Shown piece after piece: positions 1-15,300 of a DNA stretch of 64,000 nt. The stretch lies in NCBI GenBank assembly GCA_964016885.1, contig OZ024741.1, positions 399,094,001 to 399,158,000 of the forward strand, read 5' to 3'. The notes below the pieces were generated by a model, which was given only the letters and a program-made list of their open reading frames with translations, was not told where the DNA came from and searched no databases. The stretch is from Eledone cirrhosa. Taxonomy: Eukaryota. Made by a program: the position numbers and the translations under genes. Each line of letters begins with the position of its first letter. Position 1 is the first letter of the stretch.

Positions 1-3000
1 AATAGTAAAACCCTTGATCTAAGAACCATACAAACTGGACAACATGAGGCTATAATAGTAAAACCCTTGACCTAAGAACCATAAAAACTGGACAACATGA
101 GGCTATAATAGTAAAACACTTGACCTAAGAACCATAAAAACTGGACAAAATGAGGCTATAATAGTAAAAGCCCTGACCCAAGAACAATAAAGACTGGACA
201 ACATGAGGCTATAATAGTAAAATCCTTGACCTAAGAACCATAAAAACTGGACAACATCAGGCTATAATAGTAAAACCCTTGACCTAAGAACCATAAAAAC
301 TGGACAACATGAGGCTATAATAGTAAAACCCTTGATGTAAGAACAATAAAAACTGGATAACATGAGGCTATAATAGTAAAACCCTTGATGTAAGAACCAT
401 AAAATCTGGACAACATGAGGCTATAATAGTAAAACCCTTGACCTAAGAACCATAAACACTAGACACATGAGGCTATAATAGTAAAACCCTTGACCTAAGA
501 ACCATAAAAACTGGACAAGATGGGGCTATTATAGTAAAACCCTTGACCCAAGAACCATAAAAACTGGATAACATGAGGCTATAATAGTAAAACCCTTGAC
601 CCAAGAACCATAAAAACTGGAAAACATGAGGCTATAATAGTAAAACCCTTGACCTAAGAACCATAAAAACTGGACAACATGTGGCTATAATAGTAAAACC
701 CTTGACCTAAGAAACATAAAAACTGTACAAGATGGGGCTATAAGAGTAAAACCCTTGACCCAAGAACCATAAAAACTGGACAACATGAGGCTATAATAGT
801 AAAAACCTTGACCTAAGAACCATAAAAACTGGACAACATGAGGCAATAATAGTAAAACCCTTGACCTAAGAACCATAAAAACTGGACAACATGAGGCTAT
901 AATAGTAAAACCCTTTATCTAAGAACCATAAAAACTGGACAACATGAGGCTGTAATAGTAAAACCCTTGACCTAAGAACCATAAAAACTGGACAACATTA
1001 GGCTATAATAGTAAAACCCTTGACGTAAGAACCATAAAAACTGGACAACATGAGGCTATAATAGTAAAACCCTTGACCTAAGAACCATACAAACTGGACA
1101 ACATGAGGCTATAATAGTAAAACCCTTCACCTAAGAACCATAAAAACTGGACAACATGAGGCTATAATAGTAAAACGCTTGACCTAAGAACCATAAAAAC
1201 TGGATAACATGAGGCTATAATAGTAAAACCCCTGACCCAAGAACTATAAAAACTGGACGACATGAGGCTATAATAGTAAAACCCTTGACCTAAGAACCAT
1301 AAAAACTGGACAACATGAGGCTATAATAGTAAAACCCTTGACCTAATAACCATAATTACTGGACAACATGAGGCTATAATAGTAAAACCCTTGACCTAAG
1401 AACCATAAAAACTGGACAACATGAGGCTATAATAGTAAAACCCTTGACCTAAGAACCATAAAAACTGGACAACATGAGGCTATAATAGTAAAACCCTGGA
1501 TCTAAGAACCATAAATACTGGACAACATGAGGCTATAATAGTAAAACCCTTGACCTAAGAACCATAAAAACTGGACAAGTTGGGGCTATAATAGTAAAAC
1601 CCTTGACACAAGAACCATAAAAACTGGACAACATGAGGCTATAATAGTAAAACACTTGACCTAAGAACCATATAAACTGGACAACATGAGGCTATAATAG
1701 TAAAACCCTTTACCTAAGAACCATAAAAACTGGACAACATGTGGCTATAATAGAAAACCCTTGACCTAAGAACCATAAAAACTGGACAAGATGGGGATAT
1801 AATAGTAAAACCCTTGACCCAAGAACCATAAAAACTGGACAACATGAGGCTATAATAGTAAAACCCTTCACCTAAAAACCATAAAAACTGGACAACATGA
1901 GGCTATAATAGTAAAACCCTTGATGTAAGAACCATAAAAACTGGACAACATGAGGCTATAATAGTATAACCCTTGACCTAAGAACCATAAAAACTGGACA
2001 ACATGAGGCTATAATAGTAAAACCCTTGACCTAAGAACCATAAAAACTGGACAACATGAGGCTATAATAGTAAAACCCTTGATGTAAGAAACATAAAAAC
2101 TGGACAACTTGAGTCTATAATAGTAAAACCCTTGATGTAAGAACCATAAAAACTGGACAACATGAGGCTATAATAGTAAAACCCTTGACCTAAGAACCAT
2201 AAAAACTAGACAACATGAGGCTATAATAGTAAAACCCTTGACCTAAGAACCATAAAAACTGGACAAGATGGGGCTATAATAGTAAAACCCTTGACCCAAG
2301 AACCATAAAAACTGGATAACATGAGGCTATAATAGTAAAACCCTTGACCCAAGAACCATAAAAACTGGAAAACATGAGGCTATAATAGTAAAACCCTTGA
2401 CCTAAGCACCATAAAAACTGTACAAGATGGGGCTATAATAGTAAAACCCTTGACCTAAGAACCATAAAAACTGGACAACATGAGGCTATAATAGTAAAAC
2501 CCTTGATCTAAGAACCATAAAAACTGCACAACATGAGGCAATAATAGTAAAACCCTTGACCTAAGAACCATAACAACTGGACAACATGAGGCTATAATAG
2601 TAAAACCCTTGACCTAAGAACCATAAAAACTGGACAACATGAGTCTATAATAGTAACACCCTTGACCTAAGAACCATAAAAACTGGACAACATGAGGCTA
2701 TAATAGTAAAACCCTTGAAGTAAGAACCATAAAAACTGGACAACATGACGCTATAATAGTAAAACCCTTGATCTAAGAACCATACAAACTGGACAACATG
2801 AGGCTATAATAGTAAAACCCTTGACCTAAGAACCATAAAAACTGGACAACATGAGGCTATAATAGTAAAAGCCCTGACCCAAGAACAATAAAGACTTGAC
2901 AACATGAGGCTATAATAGTAAAATCCTTGACCTAAGAATCATAAAAACTGGACAACATGAGGCTATAATAGTAAAACCATTGACCTAAGAACCATAAAAA

Positions 3001-3334
3001 CTGGACAACATGAGGCTATAATAGTAAAACCCTTGACCTAAGATCCATAAAAACTGGACAACATGAGGCTATAATAGTAAAACCCTTGACCTAAGAACCA
3101 TAAAAACTGGACAACATGAGGCTATAATAGTAAAACCCTTAACCTAAGAACCATAAAATCTGGACAACATGAGGCTATAATAGTAAAACCCTTGACCTAA
3201 GAACCATAAAAACTGGACAACATGAGGCTATAATAGTAAAACCCTTGACCTAAGAACCATAAAAACTGGAAAACATGAGGCTATAATAGTAAAACCCTTG
3301 ACCTAAGAACCATAAAAACTGGACAACATGTGGC

Positions 3335-6300
3335 TATAATAGTAAAACCCTTGACCTAAGAACCATAAATACTGTACAAGATGGGGCTATAATAGTAAAA
3401 TCCTTGACCCAAGAACCATAAAAACTGGACAACATGAGGCTATAATAGTAAAACCCTTGACCTAAGAACCATAAAAACTGGACAACATGAGGCTATAATA
3501 GTAAAACACTTGACCTAAGAACCATAAAAACTGCACAACATGAGGCAATAATAGTAAAACCCTTGACCTAAGAACCATAAAAACTAGACAACATGAGGCT
3601 ATAATAGTAAAACCCTTGACCTAAGAAGCATAAAAACTGGACAACATGAGGCTATAATAGTAACACCCTTGACCTAAGAACCATAAAAACTGGACAACAT
3701 GAGGCTATAATAGTAAAACCCTTGACCTAAGAACCATAAAAACTAGACAACATGAGGCTATAATAGTAAAACCCTTGACCTAAGAACCATAAAAACTGGA
3801 CAAGATGGGGCTATAATAGTAAAACCCTTGACCCAAGAACCATAAAAACTGGATAACATGAGGCTATAATAGTAAAACCCTTGACCCAAGAACCATAAAA
3901 ACTGGAAAACATGAGGCTATAATAGTAAAACCCTTGACCTAAGCACCATAAAAACTGTACAAGATGGGGCTATAATAGTAAAACCCTTGACCTAAGAACC
4001 ATAAAAACTGGACAACATGAGGCTATAATAGTAAAACCCTTGATCTAAGAACCATAAAAACTGCACAACATGAGGCAATAATAGTAAAACCCTTGACCTA
4101 AGAACCATAACAACTGGACAACATGAGGCTATAATAGTAAAACCCTTGACCTAAGAACCATAAAAACTGGACAACATGAGTCTATAATAGTAACACCCTT
4201 GACCTAAGAACCATAAAAACTGGACAACATGAGGCTATAATAGTAAAACCCTTGAAGTAAGAACCATAAAAACTGGACAACATGACGCTATAATAGTAAA
4301 ACCCTTGATCTAAGAACCATACAAACTGGACAACATGAGGCTATAATAGTAAAACCCTTGACCTAAGAACCATAAAAACTGGACAACATGAGGCTATAAT
4401 AGTAAAAGCCCTGACCCAAGAACAATAAAGACTTGACAACATGAGGCTATAATAGTAAAATCCTTGACCTAAGAATCATAAAAACTGGACAACATGAGGC
4501 TATAATAGTAAAACCATTGACCTAAGAACCATAAAAACTGGACAACATGAGGCTATAATAGTAAAACCCTTGACCTAAGATCCATAAAAACTGGACAACA
4601 TGAGGCTATAATAGTAAAACCCTTGACCTAAGAACCATAAAAACTGGACAACATGAGGCTATAATAGTAAAACCCTTAACCTAAGAACCATAAAATCTGG
4701 ACAACATGAGGCTATAATAGTAAAACCCTTGACCTAAGAACCATAAAAACTGGACAACATGAGGCTATAATAGTAAAACCCTTGACCTAAGAACCATAAA
4801 AACTGGAAAACATGAGGCTATAATAGTAAAACCCTTGACCTAAGAACCATAAAAACTGGACAACATGTGGCTATAATAGTAAAACCCTTGACCTAAGAAC
4901 CATAAATACTGTACAAGATGGGGCTATAATAGTAAAATCCTTGACCCAAGAACCATAAAAACTGGACAACATGAGGCTATAATAGTAAAACCCTTGACCT
5001 AAGAACCATAAAAACTGGACAACATGAGGCTATAATAGTAAAACACTTGACCTAAGAACCATAAAAACTGCACAACATGAGGCAATAATAGTAAAACCCT
5101 TGACCTAAGAACCATAAAAACTAGACAACATGAGGCTATAATAGTAAAACCCTTGACCTAAGAAGCATAAAAACTGGACAACATGAGGCTATAATAGTAA
5201 CACCCTTGACCTAAGAACCATAAAAACTGGACAACATGAGGCTATAATAGTAAAACCTTTGAAGTAAGAACCATAAAATCTGGACAACATGAGGCTATAA
5301 TAGGAAAACCCTTGACCTAAGAACCATACAAACTGGACAACATGAGGCTATAATAGTAAAACCCTTGACCTAAGAACCATAAAAACTGGACAACATGAGG
5401 CTATAATAGTAAAACACTTGACCTAAGAACCATAAAAACTGGACAACATGAGGCTATAATAGTAAAAGCCCTGACCCAAAAACAATAAAAACTGGACAAC
5501 ATGAGGCTATAATAGTAAAATCCTTGACCTAAGAATCATAAAAACTGGACAACATGAGGCTATAATAGTAAAACCATTGACCTAAGAACCATAAAAACTG
5601 GACAACATGAGGCTATAATAGTAAAACCCTTGACCCAAGAACCATAAAAACTGGAAAACATGAGGCTATAATAGTAAAACCCTTGACCTAAGCACCATAA
5701 AAACTGTACAAGATGGGGCTATAATAGTAAAACCCTTGACCTAAGAACCATAAAAACTGGACAACATGAGGCTATAATAGTAAAACCCTTGATCTAAGAA
5801 CCATAAAAACTGCACAACATGAGGCAATAATAGTAAAACCCTTGACCTAAGAACCATAACAACTGGACAACATGAGGCTATAATAGTAAAACCCTTGACC
5901 TAAGAACCATAAAAACTGGACAACATGAGTCTATAATAGTAACACCCTTGACCTAAGAACCATAAAAACTGGACAACATGAGGCTATAATAGTAAAACCC
6001 TTGAAGTAAGAACCATAAAAACTGGACAACATGACGCTATAATAGTAAAACCCTTGATCTAAGAACCATACAAACTGGACAACATGAGGCTATAATAGTA
6101 AAACCCTTGACCTAAGAACCATAAAAACTGGACAACATGAGGCTATAATAGTAAAAGCCCTGACCCAAGAACAATAAAGACTTGACAACATGAGGCTATA
6201 ATAGTAAAATCCTTGACCTAAGAATCATAAAAACTGGACAACATGAGGCTATAATAGTAAAACCATTGACCTAAGAACCATAAAAACTGGACAACATGAG

Positions 6301-9300
6301 GCTATAATAGTAAAACCCTTGACCTAAGATCCATAAAAACTGGACAACATGAGGCTATAATAGTAAAACCCTTGACCTAAGAACCATAAAAACTGGACAA
6401 CATGAGGCTATAATAGTAAAACCCTTAACCTAAGAACCATAAAATCTGGACAACATGAGGCTATAATAGTAAAACCCTTGACCTAAGAACCATAAAAACT
6501 GGACAACATGAGGCTATAATAGTAAAACCCTTGACCTAAGAACCATAAAAACTGGAAAACATGAGGCTATAATAGTAAAACCCTTGACCTAAGAACCATA
6601 AAAACTGGACAACATGTGGCTATAATAGTAAAACCCTTGACCTAAGAACCATAAATACTGTACAAGATGGGGCTATAATAGTAAAATCCTTGACCCAAGA
6701 ACCATAAAAACTGGACAACATGAGGCTATAATAGTAAAACCCTTGACCTAAGAACCATAAAAACTGGACAACATGAGGCTATAATAGTAAAACACTTGAC
6801 CTAAGAACCATAAAAACTGCACAACATGAGGCAATAATAGTAAAACCCTTGACCTAAGAACCATAAAAACTAGACAACATGAGGCTATAATAGTAAAACC
6901 CTTGACCTAAGAAGCATAAAAACTGGACAACATGAGGCTATAATAGTAACACCCTTGACCTAAGAACCATAAAAACTGGACAACATGAGGCTATAATAGT
7001 AAAACCTTTGAAGTAAGAACCATAAAATCTGGACAACATGAGGCTATAATAGGAAAACCCTTGACCTAAGAACCATACAAACTGGACAACATGAGGCTAT
7101 AATAGTAAAACCCTTGACCTAAGAACCATAAAAACTGGACAACATGAGGCTATAATAGTAAAACACTTGACCTAAGAACCATAAAAACTGGACAACATGA
7201 GGCTATAATAGTAAAAGCCCTGACCCAAAAACAATAAAAACTGGACAACATGAGGCTATAATAGTAAAATCCTTGACCTAAGAATCATAAAAACTGGACA
7301 ACATGAGGCTATAATAGTAAAACCATTGACCTAAGAACCATAAAAACTGGACAACATGAGGCTATAATAGTAAAACCCTTGACCTAAGAACCATAAAAAC
7401 TGGACAACATGAGGCTATAATAGTAAAAGCCCTGACCCAAGAACAATAAAAACTGGACAACATGAGGCTATAATAGTAAAATCCTTGACCTAAGAATCAT
7501 AAAAACTGGACAACATGAGGCTATAATAGTAAAACCATTGACCTAAGAACCATAAAAACTGGACAACATGAGGCTATAATAGTAAAACCCTTGACCTAAG
7601 AACCATAAAAACTGGACAACATGAGGCTATAATAGTAAAACCCTCAACCTAAGAACCATAAAATCTGGACAACATGAGGCTATAATAGTAAAACCCTTGA
7701 CCTAAGAACTATAAAAACTGGACAACATGAGGCTATAATAGTAAAACCCTGGATCTAAGAACCATAAAAACTGGACAACATGAGGCTATAATAGTAAAAC
7801 CCTTGACCTATCAACCATAAAAACTGGACAAGTTGGGGCTATAATAGTAAAACCCTTGACCCAAGAACCATAAAAACTGGACAACATGAGGCTATAATAG
7901 TAACATCCTTGACCTAAGAATCATAAAAACAGGACAACATGAGGCTATAATAGTAAAACCCTTGACCTAAGAACCATAAAAACTGGACAACATGAGGCTA
8001 TAATAGTAAAACCCTTAACCTAAGAACCATAAAAACTGGACAACATGAGGCTATAATAGTAAAACCCTTGACCTAAGAACCATAAAAACTGGACAACATG
8101 AGGCTATAATAGTAAAACCCTGGACCTAAGAACCATAAAAACTGGACAACATGAGGCTATAATAGTTAAAAATCCTTGACCTAAGAACCATAAAAACTGG
8201 ACAAGTTGGGGCTATAATAGTAAAACCCTTGAACCAAGAACCATAAAAACTGGACAACATGAGGCTATAATAGTAAAACCCTTGATGTAAGAACCATAAA
8301 AACTGGACAACATGAGGCTATAATAGTAAAACCCTTGACCTAAGAACCATACAAACTGGACAACATGAGGCTATAATAGTAAAACCCTTGACCTAAGAAC
8401 CATAAAAACTGGACAACATGAGGCTATATTAGTAAAACCCCTGACCCAAGAATTATAAAAACTGGACAACATGAGGCTATAATAGTAAAACCCTTGACCT
8501 AAGAACCATAAAAACTGGACAACATGAGGCTATAATAGTAAAACCCTTGACCTAAGAACCATAAAAACTGGACAACATGAGGCTATAATAGTAAAACCCT
8601 TGACCTAACAACCATAAAAACTGGACAAGTTGGGGCTATAATAGTAAAACCCTTGACCCAAGAACCATAAAAACTGGACAACATGTGGCTATAATAGTAA
8701 AACCCTTGACCTAAGAACCATAAAAACTGGACAACATGAGGCTATATTAGTAAAACCCTTGACCTAAGAACCAGAAAAACTGGACAACATGAGATTATAA
8801 TAGTAAAACCCTTGACCTAAGAACCATAAAAACTGGACAACATGAGGCTATAATAGTAAAATCCTTGACCTAAGAACCATAAAAACTGGACAACATGAGG
8901 CTATAATAGTAAAATCCTTGACCTAAGAACCATAAAAACTGGACAACATGAGGCTATAATAGTAAAATCCTTGACCTAAGAACTATAAAAACTGGACAAC
9001 ATGAGGCTATAATAGTAAAACCCTTGACCTAAGAAGCATAAAACCTGAACAACATGAGGCTATAATAGTAAAACCCTTGACCTAAGAACCTTAAAAACTG
9101 GACAACATGAGGCTATAATAGTAAAACCCTTGACCTAAGAACCATAAAAACTGGACAACATGAGGCTATAACAGTAAAACCCTGGACCTAACAACCATAG
9201 AAACTGGACAACATGAGGCTATAATACTAAAACCCTTGACCTAAGAACCATAAAAACTGGACATGAGGCTATAATAGTAAAACCCTTGACCCAAGAACCA

Positions 9301-12300
9301 TAAAAACTGGACAAGTTGGGGCTATAATAGTAAAACCCTTGACCCAAGAACCATAAAAACTGGACAACATGAGGCTATAATAGTAAAACCCTTGACCTAA
9401 GAACCATAAAAACTGGACAACATGAGGCTATAATAGTAATACCCTTGACCTAAGAACCATAAAAACTGGACAACATGAGGCTATAATAGTAAAACACTTG
9501 ACCTAAGAACCATAAAAACTGGACAACATGAGGCTATAATAGTAAAAGCCCTGACCCAAGAACAATAAAAACTGGACAACATGAGGCTATAATAGTAAAA
9601 TCCTTGACCTAAGAATCATAAAAACTGGACAACATGAGGCTATAATAGTAAAACCATTGACCTAAGAACCATAAAAACTGGACAACATGAGGCTATAATA
9701 GTAAAACCCTTGACCTAAGAACCATAAAAACTGGACAACATGAGGCTATAATAGTAAAACCCTCAACCTAAGAACCATAAAATCTGGACAACATGAGGCT
9801 ATAATAGTAAAACCCTTGACCTAAGAACTATAAAAACTGGACAACATGAGGCTATAATAGTAAAACCCTGGATCTAAGAATCATAAAAACTGGACAACAT
9901 GAGGCTATAATAGTAAAACCCTTGACCTATCAACCATAAAAACTGGACAAGTTGGGGCTATAATAGTAAAACCCTTGACCCAAGAACCATAAAAACTGGA
10001 CAACATGAGGCTATAATAGTAACATCCTTGACCTAAGAATCATAAAAACAGGACAACATGAGGCTATAATAGTAAAACCATTGACCTAAGAACCATAAAA
10101 ACTGGACAACATGAGGCTATAATAGTAAAACCCTTGACCTAAGAACCATAAAAACTGGACAAAATGAGGCTATAATAGTAAAAACCTGGACCTAAGAACC
10201 ATAAAAACTGGACGACATGAGGCTATAATAGTTAAAAATCCTTGACCTAAGAACCATAAAAACTGGACAAGTTGGGGCTATAATAGTAAAACCCTTGACC
10301 CAAGAACCATAAAAACTGGACAACATGAGGCTATAATAGTAAAACCCTTGACGTAAGAACCATAAAAACTGGACAACATGAGGCTATAATAGTAAAACCC
10401 TTGACCTAAGAACCATACAAACTGGACAACATGAGGCTATAATAGTAAAACCCTTGACCTAAGAACCATAAAAACTGGACAACATGAGGCTATATTAGTA
10501 AAACCCCTGACCCAAGAATTATAAAAACTGGACAACATGAGGCTATAATAGTAAAACCCTTGACCTAAGAACCATAAAAACTGGACAACATGAGGCTATA
10601 ATAGTAAAACCCTTGACCTAAGAACCATAAAAACTGGACAACATGAGGCTATAATATTAAAACCCTTGACGTAAGAACCATAAAAATTGGACAACATGAG
10701 GCTATAATAGTAAAACCCTGGACCTAAGAACCATAAAAACTGGACAACATGAGGCTGTAATAGTAAAACCCTTGACCTAACAACCATAAAAACTGGACAA
10801 GTTGGGGCTATAATAGTAAAACCCTTGACCCAAGAACCATAAAAACTGGACAACATGAGGCTATAATAGTAAAACCCTTGACCTAAGAACCATAAAAACT
10901 GGACAACATGAGGCTATATTAGTAAAACCCTTGACCTAAGAACCATAAAAACTGGACAACATGAGATTATAATAGTAAAACCCTTGACCTAAGAACCATA
11001 AAAACTGGACAACATGAGGCTATAATAGTAAAATCCTTGACCTAAGAACCATAAAAACTGGACAACATGAGGCTATAATAGTAAAATCCTTGACCTAAGA
11101 ACCATAAAAACTGGACAACATGAGGCTATAATAGTAAAATCCTTGACCTAAGAACTATAAAAACTGGACAACATGAGGCTATAATAGTAAAACCCTTGAC
11201 CTAAGAAGCATAAAACCTGAACAACATGAGGCTATAATAGTAAAACCCTTGACCTAAGAACCTTAAAAACTGGACAACATGAGGCTATAATAGTAAAACC
11301 CTTGACCTAAGAACCATAAAAACTGGACAACATGAGGCTATAACAGTAAAACCCTGGACCTAACAACCATAGAAACTGGACAACATGAGGCTATAATAGT
11401 AAAACCCTTGACCTAAGAACCATAAAAACTGGACAAATTGGGGCTATAATAGTAAAACCCTTGACCCAAGAACCATAAAAACTGGACAACATGAGGCTAT
11501 AATAGTAAAACCCTTGACCTAAGAACCATAAAAACTGGACATGAGGCTATAATAGTAAAACCCTTGACCCAAGAACCATAAAAACTGGACAAGTTGGGGC
11601 TATAATAGTAAAACCCTTGACCCAAGAACCATAAAAACTGGACAACATGAGGCTATAATAGTAAAACCCTTGACGTAAGAACCATAAAAACTGGACAACA
11701 TGAGGCTATAATAGTAATACCCTTGACCTAAGAACCATACAAACTGGACAACATGAGGCTATAATAGTAAAACCCTTGACCTAAGAACCATAAAAACTGG
11801 ACAACATGAGGCTATAATAGTAAAACCCCTGACCCAAGAATTATAAAAACTGGACAACATGAGGCTATAATAGTAAAACCCTTGACCTAAGAACCATAAA
11901 AACTGGACAACATGAGGCTATAATAGTAAAACCCTTGACCTAAGAACCATAAAAACTGGACAACGTGAGGCTATAATAGTAAAACGCTTGACGTAAGAAC
12001 CATAAAAATTGGACAACATGAGGCTGTAATAGTAAAACCCTGGACCTAAGAACCATAAAAACTGGACAACATGAGGCTATAATAGTAAAACCCTTGACCT
12101 AACAACCATAGAAACTGGACAAGTTGGGGCTATAATAGTAAAACCCTTGACCCAAGAACCATAAAAACTTGACAACATGAGGCTATAATAGTAAAACCCT
12201 TGACCTAAGAACCATAAAAACTGGACAACATGAGGCTATAATAGTAAAACCCTTGACCTAAGAACCATAAAAACTGGACAACATGAGATTATAATAGTAA

Positions 12301-15300
12301 AACCCTTGACCTAAGAACCATAAAAACTGGACATGAGGCTATAATAGTAAAATCCTTGACCTAAGAACCATAAAAACTGGACAACATGAGGCTATAATAG
12401 TAAAATCCTTGACCTAAGAACCATAAAAACTGGACAACATGAGGCTATAATAGTAAAATCCTTGACCTAAGAACTATAAAAACTGGACAACATGAGGCTA
12501 TAATAGTAAAAGCCTTGACCTAAGAACCATAAAAACTGGACAACATGAGGCTATAACAGTAAAACCCTGGACCTAACAACCATAGAAACTGGACAACATG
12601 AGGCTATAATAGTAAAACCATTGACCTAAGAACCATAAAAACTGGACAAATTGGGGCTATAATAGTAAAACCCTTGACCCAAGAACCATAAAAACTGGAC
12701 AACATGAGGCTATAATAGTAAAACCCTTAACCTAAGAACCATAAAAACTGGACAACATGAGGCTATAATAGTAAAACCATTGACCTAAGAACCATAAAAC
12801 CTGAACAACATGAGGCTATAATAGTAAAACCCTTGACCTAAGAACCATAAAAACTGGACAACATGAGGCTATAATAGTAAAACCCTTGACCTAAGAAACA
12901 TAAAAACTGGACAACATGAGGCTATAATAGTAAAAGCCTTGACCTAAGAACCATAAAAACTGGACAACATGAGGCTATAATAGTAAAACCCTTGACCTAA
13001 GAACCATAAAAACTGGACAACATGAGGCTATAATAGTAAAGCCCTTGACCTAAGAACCATACAAACTGGAGAACATAAGGCTGTAATAGTAAAACCCTTG
13101 ACCTAAGAACCATAAAAACTGGACAACATGAGGCTATAATAGTAAAAGCCTTGACCTAAGAACCATAAAAACTGGACAACATGAGGATATAATAGTAAAA
13201 CCCTTGACCTAAGAACCATAAAAACTGGACAACATGAGGCTATAATAGTAAAACCCTTGATGTAAGAACAATAAAAACTGGACAACATGAGGATATAATA
13301 GTAAAACCCTTGATATAAGAACCATAAAAACTGGACAACTTGAGTCTATAATAGTAAAACCCTTGATGTAAGAACCATAAAAACTGGACAACATGAGGCT
13401 ATAATAGTAAAACCCTTGATCTAAGAACCATAAAAACTAGACAACATGAGGCTATAATAGTAAAACCCTTGACCTAAGAACCATAAAAACTGGACAAGAT
13501 GGGGCTATAATAGTAAAACCCTTGACCCAAGAACCATAAAAACTGGATAACATGAGGCTATAATAGTAAAACCCTTGACCCAAGAACCATAAAAACTGGA
13601 AAACATGAGGCTATAATAGTAAAACCCTTGACCTAAGAACCATAAAAACTGGACAACATGTGGCTATAATAGTAAAACCCTTGACCTAAGAACCATAAAA
13701 ACTGTACAAGATGGGGCTATAATAGTAAAACCCTTGACCCAAGAACCATAAAAACTGGACAACATGAGGCTATAATAGTAAAACCCTTGACCTAAGAACC
13801 ATAAAAACTGGACAACATGAGGCTATAATAGTAAAATCCTTGACCTAAGAACCATAAAAACTGCACAACGTGAGGCAATAATAGTAAAACCCTTGACCTA
13901 AGAACCATAAAAACTGGACACCATGACGCTATAATAGTAAAACCCTTGACCTAAGAACCATAAAAACTGGACAACATGAGGCTATAATAGTAACACCCTT
14001 GACCTAAGAACCATAAAAACTGGACAACATGAGGCTATAATAGTAAAACCCTTGACGTAAGAACCATAAATCTGGACAACATGAGGCTATATTAGTAAAA
14101 CCCTTGACCTAAGAACCATACAAACTGGACCACATGAGGCTATAATAGTAAAACCCTTGACCTAAGAAGCATAAAGACTGGACAACATGAGGCTATAATA
14201 GTAAAACACTTGACCTAAGAACAATAAAAACTGGACAACATGAGGCTGTAATAGTAAAAGCCCTGACCCAAGAACTATAAAAACTGGACAACATGAGGCT
14301 ATAGTAAAATCCTTGAACTAAGAATCATAAAAACTGGACAACATGAGGCTATAATAGTAAAACCATTGACCTAAGAACCATAAAAACTGGACAACATGAG
14401 GCTATAATAGTAAAACCCTTGACCTAAGATCCATAAAAACTGGACAACATGAGGCTATAATAGTAAAACCCTTGACCTAAGAACCATAAAAACTGGACAA
14501 CATGAGGCTATAATAGTAAAACCCTTAACCTAAGAACCATAAAATCTGGACAACATGAGGCTATAATAGTAAAACCCTTGACCTAAGAACCATAAAAACT
14601 GGACAACATGAGGCTATAATATTAAAACCCTGAACCTAAGAACCATAAAAACTGGACAACATGAGGCTATAATAGTAAAACCCTTGACCTAACAACCATA
14701 AAAACTGGACAAGTTGGGGCTATAATAGTAAAACCCTTGACCCAAGAACCATAAAAACTGGACAACATGAGGCTATAATAGTAAAACCCTTGACCTAAGA
14801 ACCATAAAAACTGGACAACATGAGGCTATAATAGTAAAACCCTTGACCTAAGAACCATAAAATCTGCACAAGATGAGGCAATAATAGTAAAACCCTTGAC
14901 CTAAGAACCATAAAATCTGGACAACATGAGGCTATAATAGTAAAACCCTTGACCTAAGAACCATATAAACTGGACAACATGAGGCTATAATAGTAAAACC
15001 CTTGACCTAAGAACCATAAAAGCTGGACAACATGAGGCTATAATAGTAAAACCCTTGACCTAAGAACCATAAAAACTAGACAACATGAGGCTATAATAGT
15101 AAAACCCTTGACCTAAGAACCATAAATACTGTACAAGATGGGGCTATAATAGTAAAATCCTTGACCCAAGAACCATAAAAACTGGACAACATGAGGCTAT
15201 AATAGTAAAACCCTTGACCTAAGAACCATAAAAACTGGACAACATGAGGCTATAATAGTAAAACACTTGACCTAAGAACCATAAAAACTGCACAACATGA

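Noticed and set aside
54-110. TTGACC and TATAAT in each monomer as bacterial -35/-10 promoter boxes
   Set aside because: Spacing is 31 bp (or 9 bp from TGGACA), not ~17, and the context is eukaryotic.
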